From contig JAPEKQ010000002.1 in assembly GCA_029990205.1 (NCBI GenBank), forward strand, positions 96,845 to 160,844: a stretch of 64,000 nucleotides of DNA, read 5' to 3'. Below are positions 58,574 through 64,000 of the stretch, one piece after another. The notes under the pieces were generated by a model. The model saw only the letters and a list, made by a program, of their open reading frames with translations, searched no databases and was not told the DNA's origin. The DNA comes from a bacterium. GTDB lineage: Bacteria; Joyebacterota; Joyebacteria; Joyebacterales; Joyebacteraceae. How positions within the stretch are numbered: the stretch's first letter is position 1; each line of letters begins with the position of its first letter. Both the position numbers and the translations under genes were made by a program.

Positions 58574-58643
58574 TGTACTCCCCCTGTTGCCCCGCCGTCA
58601 TGCGGCGGGTGTTTCGGGTCCGCTGCCACTGTTGTCGATCGTT

Positions 58644-58967
58644 CTAGTTCCGCTTCCCGCTCGCGCGCCCGTGTGCCGGGGGCACAAGCACCTTCAACAC
58701 CGCCGCCGCAGACTCATCCCGCAGCCGGTAGCAGACGAGGTGCCCCTTTCTCTCCGACTCGATGAGCCCCGCGTACCGAAGCCGCTGCAGATGCTGGGAA
58801 ACCGACGGCTGCGGCACCCCCAGAAGCTCCTCAAGCCTGCTGACACACAGCTCCCCCTCCCGAAGCAGATGCACGATTCTGAGCCTGGTCGGGTGAGACA
58901 TCGCTTTGAGGACCTCGGCAGCGCGGCCGAAGGTCTCTTCGATGTTCCCGCTGCCTGGTGAGGTCAT
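58644..58967 (-). CDS. ArsR/SmtB-family transcriptional regulator
   Basis: HPTRLRIVHLLREGELCVSRLEELLGVPQPSVSQHLQRLR. ATG 58967 follows AAGGAG (7-nt spacer). The track start at 58985 contains that SD. Confidence 0.85.
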   Translation of the reverse strand: MTSPGSGNIEETFGRAAEVLKAMSHPTRLRIVHLLREGELCVSRLEELLGVPQPSVSQHLQRLRYAGLIESERKGHLVCYRLRDESAAAVLKVLVPPAHGRASGKRN

Positions 58968-58984
58968 GGTCACGCTCCTTGTCA

Positions 58985-59039
58985 CATGGAATATGCAAAT
59001 GTCATGATACTATATAATCACGATATCAGGCGGTGTCAA
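58985..59039 (-). promoter_or_regulatory. promoter (TTGACA-17-TATATA) plus 22-bp imperfect palindrome, a candidate ArsR operator
   Basis: The -35 is at 59034-59039 and the -10 at 59011-59016. The palindrome CATGgaATaTGCAaATgtCATG at 58985-59006 is symmetric at 16 of 22 positions and lies between the -10 and the SD. This is the most AT-rich stretch I noticed in the window. Confidence 0.6.
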
Positions 59040-59041
59040 GC

Positions 59042-59076
59042 GCAAAAGAACGCCCCCGACCTCGGAGGTCGGGGGC
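59042..59076 (-). terminator. rho-independent terminator after the DUF2914-like lipoprotein gene
   Basis: GCCCCCGACC-uccga-GGUCGGGGGC followed by GUUCUUUUGCG. Confidence 0.75.
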
Positions 59077-59175
59077 GCATGTCTCTATATAGATAGTGTG
59101 AGGCCCGCCTGGTGAGCGTGGCCGCCGGTGACACCGCCACCGCCGCCGGCCGCCCCGGCGACAGCTACTCTGCAG

Positions 59176-59886
59176 CTACTCTATGGAGAACTCAAGCCGG
59201 TAGAGCAGGAACTCCGACGCATCGACGATATCGACGTGCCACTCACCCTTCCACTCGTCCAGCACCTGCTTCCGGCTCCAGGTCCTCCAGCGAGCGCTCT
59301 TCACCTCAAGCCCCACCCGTCCCATCTCGCGATCCCCCCAATACCAGACGTGCCAGATGCTGTCGGGGCTGGCCGACCCGGTGATCTCACTGAAGCAGCA
59401 GAGTCGGTTGAGACCATCCTCCTTCGGGAGGAAACTCCTGCCCGCGTCAGTCGGCTCGCTCTCCTCGATGCCTCGGCAGATGTAAGCCCGTGTGACGCTC
59501 AGGCCTGCCGGCGAGGTCCGCTGGAGGTAGGTCTCGTCGAGCGATGGGTCTTCGTAGGACGCCTCGGCGCTCTGCTGGAGCGGGGTAGCGAAGGTCAGGG
59601 CATCCGTATCGCTCGTCGCGCCCGCCATCGTCTGCTCCGGAGCCTCCGTCTCTTCCACGGCGCCACCCGATGCTGCCCCGGCGTCGGTGTCCGCCGGGAT
59701 GTCACCCTCGGTCCCCGACACGACGGGAACCGCTTCCTCGTCACCGCTCTCCACCTCAGCGGCCGCGGTCGTGACAGCGTGCGAGGAGGACTCCTCCTGG
59801 ACTGTCTCGTTCGACCCGCACCCGCCAACGACGAGCACGCATACAGTGAAGAGGACCCCTGTGAGGACCCGTGACGTCCTGGGCAT
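59176..59886 (-). CDS. lipoprotein with acidic linker and C-terminal DUF2914-like domain
   Basis: ATG 59886. Lipobox VLVVGGCGS. C-terminus: YICRGIEESEPTDAG..F....RLCCFSEI.....IWHVWYWGD...RWRTWS...GEWHVDIV. The upstream 190 codons of the track ORF are rejected. Confidence 0.62.
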   Translation of the reverse strand: MPRTSRVLTGVLFTVCVLVVGGCGSNETVQEESSSHAVTTAAAEVESGDEEAVPVVSGTEGDIPADTDAGAASGGAVEETEAPEQTMAGATSDTDALTFATPLQQSAEASYEDPSLDETYLQRTSPAGLSVTRAYICRGIEESEPTDAGRSFLPKEDGLNRLCCFSEITGSASPDSIWHVWYWGDREMGRVGLEVKSARWRTWSRKQVLDEWKGEWHVDIVDASEFLLYRLEFSIE

Positions 59887-60034
59887 GTCACTCCCTCCGT
59901 TCGATGGGACGCCCGCCCGAGCTCTCGTCGGCCGTTTGCCTCCGGTGAGTCTGCGATAGATGAGTTGACCCGAGGTCGCAGGCCCCGTCTGGAGAGGACC
60001 GACTGTGGCGGCGCGGTGCTGCAGCAGCATCAGC

Positions 60035-60763
60035 CTATCCCTCGTCCCCTGGTCTGTCAAGCTCCCGTAGAGGCTCCCGCCGGCCTCCCTGCGGGGCCTC
60101 CCGCCGGGGCTCCGGCCCCGCCCCATCCCCGTTTCCGCCCGCGCCATCGGCGTTTTCCAACCTTGCGAGTCTCTCTTCAAGAGCCCCGAGCTGTCTGAGC
60201 ACGGGATCCGGAATCGCGCCGTGAGCCAAAGGCGCATCGATGACACGTCGTCCGGACTCGCGAACGACCCGCCCCGGGACGCCGACGACTGTGCAGTCGT
60301 CCGGTACGGACTGAACCACCACCGAACCGGCTCCGATCCGCACATCGCTGCCGATGGTGATATTCCCGAGCACGCGTGCTCCGCACCCCACGACAACATC
60401 GTTGCCGAGCGTCGGATGCCGCTTCCCGGTCTCCTTCCCTGCGCCGCCGAGCGTGACACCCTGGTAGAGGGTCACGTTGTCACCGATGACGGTCGTCTCG
60501 CCGATCACGACTCCCATGCCGTGATCGATGAAGAACCTGCGGCCGATGACGGCGCCGGGATGGATCTCCACTCCCGTGAAGAACCTCGAGGTCTGAGACA
60601 TCAGACGCGGAAGCAGCGGGACGCCCAGCCGCCAGAGGGCATGGGCGACCCTGTGCGTCGCGACCGCGTGCACGCCCGGGTACGTCAGAAGTACCTCGAA
60701 CGCGCCACCCCAGCCACGCGCCGCAGGATCACGCGCGAGCGCCGCTCTGATGAGGTCGAACAT
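60035..60763 (-). CDS. cysE: serine O-acetyltransferase
   Basis: [15 protein letters not shown]...[44 protein letters not shown] (hexapeptide repeats). ATG 60763. Confidence 0.9.
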   Translation of the reverse strand: MFDLIRAALARDPAARGWGGAFEVLLTYPGVHAVATHRVAHALWRLGVPLLPRLMSQTSRFFTGVEIHPGAVIGRRFFIDHGMGVVIGETTVIGDNVTLYQGVTLGGAGKETGKRHPTLGNDVVVGCGARVLGNITIGSDVRIGAGSVVVQSVPDDCTVVGVPGRVVRESGRRVIDAPLAHGAIPDPVLRQLGALEERLARLENADGAGGNGDGAGPEPRREAPQGGRREPLRELDRPGDEG

Positions 60764-60851
60764 CGCTCCTCCCACCGCCCGGGTCTCCCGGGCACACTGA
60801 ACCGGTACGTAGACCCGCAAGTCCCGTGCCAGAGGTCCCAGGGCAGCCATC

Positions 60852-60880
60852 TTGACATGCCTCTCGAGGAGGGCTATAGT
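60852..60880 (+). promoter_or_regulatory. near-consensus sigma70 promoter for gltX
   Basis: TTGACA, 17 nt, TATAGT. It lies about 90 nt upstream of ATG 60974. Confidence 0.68.
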
Positions 60881-60973
60881 ACCCACGTTCCCCAAGCGGC
60901 CTTGCCAAGGGCCGCTTTCTCAGGTCGCCGGGCCGCGCGTCGGACCGGACATCTCCTTGACGAGAGAACTAAC

Positions 60974-62452
60974 ATGAGCGCTACAAGAGTGCGATTCGCG
61001 CCAAGCCCGACCGGCTACCTCCATCTGGGGGGAGCACGGACGGCCCTGTTCAACTGGCTTCTCGCTCGTGGAGCCGGTGGGAAGTATGTCCTGCGCATCG
61101 AGGACACCGACCGGGAACGGTCGACCGATGAGTTCCTCCAGGCGATCCTCGAGGACCACCGCTGGCTCGGACTCGTCTGGGACGAGGGACCCGAGGTCGG
61201 CGGAGACGCGGGCCCGTACTTCCAGTCGGAGCGAACCGGGACCTACGGGCCGCTGCTCGAGAAGATGCTCGAGGAGGGCAAGGCGTACCGGTGCTACTGC
61301 TCGCCGGAGGAGCTGGAGGAGAGACGCAGCGCCGCGGCCGAGGGCGGTCGCGAATGGCGCTACGACCGGCGCTGCCTGTCACTGGGCGACGACGAGCGAG
61401 CCGCCCTCGAGGCGGAAGGTCGCCCGTCGGTCATCCGCTTCCGCGTACCCGATGGGAAGACGCGGTTCGATGACATGGTGCTCGGACCCGTCGAGGTCGA
61501 CCACGCGGAGCTTGATGACCTCGTACTGGCGCGGTCGGACGGTTCGCCTACATACAACTTCGTGGTCGTCGTTGACGACCTCTCGATGGGTGTCACGCAC
61601 GTCGTCCGCGGGAGCGATCACACGTCGAACACACCCAAGCAGATCCTCATCGCGAAGGCGCTCGGGGGGACGCCACCGACGTTCGGACATCTCCCGCTCG
61701 TCCTCGGACCGGACAAGCAGGTGCTCTCGAAGCGCCGCGGAGCCCTCGCCGTCGGCGAATACCGAAGGCAGGGCTATCTTCCGGAGGCGGTCGTCAACTA
61801 CATAGCGCTTCTCGGCTGGTCGTACGATGGCGAGTCGGAGTTCTTCGCGCTCGATGAGCTCATCGAGCGGTTTGACCTCTCGCGCGTCAGCGGGAAGGCC
61901 GCGGCGTTCGACCCGGAGAAGCTCCTCTGGATGAACGCCCAGTGGCTCAAACGTCTCCCGGTGCCCGAGCGGACCGACCGGATGCTCCCGTTCCTCAGGA
62001 GAGCCGGCCTGGTCGGCGAGCAGCTCAGCGACGAGGAGCGGGCGCGGCTGGAGGCCATTGTGGAACTCGTCGACGACCGTGCGAAGACGCTCGCCGACAT
62101 TGTGGAGCAGGCCGGGTACTTCCTGTCCGACGATATCGAGTACGAGGAGAAGGCAGTCAACAAGGTGTTGACGAAGCCGGGTGTCATTACTATAATAGAT
62201 GGTCTGTATACACGGCTGACCGAGGTTCAGGGCTTCGAACCCGGTGCGATTGAGGGCCTGATTCGCAGCTTCGCTGAGGAGCAGGAACTCGGTGTCGGCA
62301 AGGTCGTGCAGCCCATCCGCGTCGCGGTGACAGGCGGAACCGCCAGCCCGGGGATGTTCGAGACTCTGTCTCTCCTCGGTCGCGAGACGGTTCTTGAGCG
62401 ACTGACCAGGGCGCGGAAGATCGCGACCGAGCGGCAGGGCGCTGACAGCTGA
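60974..62452 (+). CDS. gltX: glutamyl-tRNA synthetase
   Basis: RVRFAPSPTGYLHLGGARTALFNWL (HIGH region) and VLSKRRG (KMSKS region). The 251 upstream codons of the track ORF are rejected because they overlap cysE and the promoter. Confidence 0.95.
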   Translation: MSATRVRFAPSPTGYLHLGGARTALFNWLLARGAGGKYVLRIEDTDRERSTDEFLQAILEDHRWLGLVWDEGPEVGGDAGPYFQSERTGTYGPLLEKMLEEGKAYRCYCSPEELEERRSAAAEGGREWRYDRRCLSLGDDERAALEAEGRPSVIRFRVPDGKTRFDDMVLGPVEVDHAELDDLVLARSDGSPTYNFVVVVDDLSMGVTHVVRGSDHTSNTPKQILIAKALGGTPPTFGHLPLVLGPDKQVLSKRRGALAVGEYRRQGYLPEAVVNYIALLGWSYDGESEFFALDELIERFDLSRVSGKAAAFDPEKLLWMNAQWLKRLPVPERTDRMLPFLRRAGLVGEQLSDEERARLEAIVELVDDRAKTLADIVEQAGYFLSDDIEYEEKAVNKVLTKPGVITIIDGLYTRLTEVQGFEPGAIEGLIRSFAEEQELGVGKVVQPIRVAVTGGTASPGMFETLSLLGRETVLERLTRARKIATERQGADS

Positions 62453-62458
62453 ACATGC

Positions 62459-62532
62459 AGGGGAGTCGTCTAGTGGCAGGACAGCGGACTCTGGATCCGC
62501 CGGCGGAGGTTCGACCCCTCCCTCCCCTACCA
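62459..62532 (+). tRNA. tRNA-Gln (anticodon CUG), CCA encoded
   Basis: Manual cloverleaf. Acceptor stem AGGGGAG/CUCCCCU, D arm GUCU-AGUGGCA-GGAC, anticodon arm GCGGA-CUCUGGA-UCCGC, T arm GGAGG-UUCGACC-CCUCC. It starts 6 nt after the gltX stop. Confidence 0.9.
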
Positions 62533-62540
62533 CGACATAA

Positions 62541-62615
62541 GGCGCCATCGTCTAGCGGTTAGGACGCCGGCCTCTCAAGCCGGTAACACGGGTTCGATCC
62601 CCGTTGGCGCTACCA
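62541..62615 (+). tRNA. tRNA-Glu (anticodon CUC), CCA encoded
   Basis: Manual cloverleaf. Acceptor stem GGCGCCA/UGGCGCU (G1.U72), anticodon arm CCGGC-CUCUCAA-GCCGG, T arm ACGGG-UUCGAUC-CCCGU. Confidence 0.9.
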
Positions 62616-62622
62616 CCAGGAG

Positions 62623-62658
62623 AAAGCGGAACGTTCGAAAGAACGCTCCGCTTTTTCT
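62623..62658 (+). terminator. rho-independent terminator after gltX-tRNA-tRNA
   Basis: AAAGCGGAACGUUC-gaaa-GAACGCUCCGCUUU (14 positions, one A.C mismatch) followed by UUCU. Confidence 0.8.
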
Positions 62659-62716
62659 ATGCACCCGGGACGTGGTGCGAACCGTCGACGACGATCTCGG
62701 TCATGTTGATCCCGGG

Positions 62717-62753
62717 TACAAAGAACGTGGCGGGCGCAGTGCGCCCGCCACGT
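62717..62753 (-). terminator. rho-independent terminator after the Lys-rich gene
   Basis: ACGUGGCGGGCGC-acu-GCGCCCGCCACGU (perfect 13 bp) followed by UCUUUGU. Confidence 0.75.
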
Positions 62754-62777
62754 CATGTGCATCTATGAACGTCGTCG

Positions 62778-63401
62778 CTACTTCTTCTTCCTTCTGACGA
62801 CCTTCTTCTTCGCCGGCTTGCGCTTGGCGACCTTTCTCTTCACGACCTTCTTCTTCACAACCTTCTTCTTCGCAGGCTTGCGCTTCGCGGTCGTCTTCTT
62901 CTTCACGACCTTCTTCTTGCGCACGACCTTCTTCTTCGCAGGCTTGCGCTTCGCGGTCGTCTTCTTCTTCACGACCTTCTTCTTGCGCACAACCTTCTTC
63001 TTCGCGGGCTTGCGCTTGGTCGTCTTCTTCTTCACGACCTTCTTCTTGCGCACAACCTTCTTCTTCGCCGGCTTGCGCTTGGTCGTCTTCTTCTTCACGA
63101 CCTTCTTCTTGGTCGTCTTCTTCTTGACGACCTTCTTCTTCGCGACCTTCTTCTTCGCGACCTTCTTCTTGGTCGTCTTCTTCTTGACGACCTTCTTCTT
63201 CGCGACCTTCTTCTTCGCCGGCTTGCGCTTCGCAGTCGTCTTCTTCTTGACGACCTTCTTCTTCGCAACCTTCTTCTTCGCCGGCTTCTTCTTGGCGACG
63301 GTCTTCTTCTTGACGACCTTCTTCTTCACAACCTTCTTCTTCTTCGGCGCAGCCTTCTTCTTGGCGGGCGCCTTCTTCTTCTTCTTCTTCGTCTCCGCCA
63401 C
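62778..63401 (-). CDS. lysine-rich tandem-repeat protein (histone H1 / Hc1 / AlgP-like nucleoid-associated candidate)
   Basis: AAGGAGG lies 8 nt before GTG 63401. The product begins MAETKKKKKKAPAKKKAAPKKKKVVKKK and continues as repeats of KKKTTAKRKPAKKKVVRKKKVV to the stop. It has its own terminator. Confidence 0.7.
   Translation of the reverse strand: MAETKKKKKKAPAKKKAAPKKKKVVKKKVVKKKTVAKKKPAKKKVAKKKVVKKKTTAKRKPAKKKVAKKKVVKKKTTKKKVAKKKVAKKKVVKKKTTKKKVVKKKTTKRKPAKKKVVRKKKVVKKKTTKRKPAKKKVVRKKKVVKKKTTAKRKPAKKKVVRKKKVVKKKTTAKRKPAKKKVVKKKVVKRKVAKRKPAKKKVVRRKKK
62815..63290 (-). repeat. in-frame tandem DNA repeats (60-66 bp period) inside the Lys-rich gene
   Basis: The GGCTTGCGCTT core recurs at 62815, 62875, 62941, 63007, 63070 and 63220. 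The units at 62875, 62941 and 63007 are near-identical 66-mers. Confidence 0.85.
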
Positions 63402-63763
63402 AGCCTTCACCTCCTTATGTCCCGATCGCGCCCATTCGCGACAGGACTCTGGCCGACCTGGCTTCCCCTCTCGGCGCTCACGGCTCCACCCCGGAGCGGG
63501 CGCCACCAACATCATTGGTCCGCGGCTCGTGCGCGTTCTCGAAGTCGCTCGGTCGCGAACTTCGCACGGGCATCACACGAACACTGTGTTGTGAAAGACC
63601 CCGACGCGCATCGTTCAGCGCGTTCGCGTCACATTTAGAATCCTGCGCGGTGAAGTGTCAAGCGAAAAGTGCACGCGTCGTCGTCGAAACGAACGCGACG
63701 ACTCGTTCCCACTCGCGTTGAGAACACGCAGACACGATCCGCGTTCGCGCGCGACAGGACGGA

Positions 63764-64000
63764 TCACAGCTCGATCGTTTCGCCGTCGAGCGGAACACTC
63801 ACACGCGGGAACCCGTTCTTCGTCAGCAGTCGACCGAACGCGAGTGACGCGTCTTCGTTGCCGTGGACGACGATCGTTCGCTGCGGCGGGCGACGGATGT
63901 TCTTCGCAAACGCGAGCAGCTCATCGCGGTCGGCGTGCGCGCTGAATTCGTTGAAGACCGCGACCCGAGCACGAAGCGGGTACGGCTGACCGAAGATCCG
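63764..64000 (-). CDS. beta-CASP / MBL-fold RNA-metabolising hydrolase, C-terminal fragment (5' part beyond window end)
   Basis: Not in the track. Manual translation gives RIFGQPYPLRARVAVFNEFSAHADRDELLAFAKNIRRPPQRTIVVHGNEDASLAFGRLL...ETIEL*. The SAHAD..EL and VHGE-type motifs are characteristic of beta-CASP C-termini. Confidence 0.7.
   Translation of the reverse strand, partial: RIFGQPYPLRARVAVFNEFSAHADRDELLAFAKNIRRPPQRTIVVHGNEDASLAFGRLLTKNGFPRVSVPLDGETIEL

Noticed and set aside
62815-63290. Regularly spaced 60-66 bp repeats that superficially resemble a CRISPR array
   Set aside because: There are no unique spacers. The repeats are contiguous, in-frame and coding (Lys-rich protein), and no cas genes are nearby.
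62755-63594. 279-aa plus-strand Phe/Thr-rich ORF (TTFFFAGLR repeats)
   Set aside because: It is the reverse-complement reading of the AAG-rich Lys-repeat gene. The minus-strand gene has an SD and a terminator. The plus-strand ORF has neither, and its composition is implausible.

Overview
This is a high-GC bacterial chromosomal segment. It is densely packed, almost entirely transcribed on the minus strand, and has many 1-4 nt stop/start overlaps. No rRNA, CRISPR array, transposase or integrase is visible. Housekeeping genes: dus (partial), S41 protease, tmk, rsmI, recJ, stomatin/NfeD, hup, a very long lptD, ROK glucokinase, an orphan MalK-type ATPase, folC, accD, a purine nucleoside phosphorylase, rimI-tsaB-tsaE, serS, cysE, and gltX followed directly by tRNA-Gln(CUG) and tRNA-Glu(CUC). 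Accessory content: an inositol-lipid gene pair (ino1 plus a CDP-alcohol phosphatidyltransferase), an adjacent PorX/PorY-like two-component pair, a roughly 15 kb Wzx/Wzy-type polysaccharide locus (26.4-41.9 kb), a lysine-rich tandem-repeat histone-H1-like gene, and two extracytoplasmic thiol-redox operons (47.9-55.8 kb and 56.9-59.0 kb). The strongest observation is an in-frame TGA at 52344-52346. It joins an SD-preceded signal-peptide mini-ORF to the 633-codon ORF in the track. It also aligns exactly with the first Cys of a CxxCPN motif in the adjacent paralog and is followed by a SECIS-like hairpin. This is a candidate secreted UxxC selenoprotein carrying a Por/T9SS-type C-terminal tail, inside a five-gene operon: TlpA redoxin, beta-barrel OMP, CxxC lipoprotein, Sec protein, tailed M14 carboxypeptidase. 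A second, weaker recoding candidate is a TM micro-ORF ending in UGA plus a hairpin, upstream of a signal-less YkuD transpeptidase. All calls come from reading the sequence and ORF translations by eye. No searches were run.
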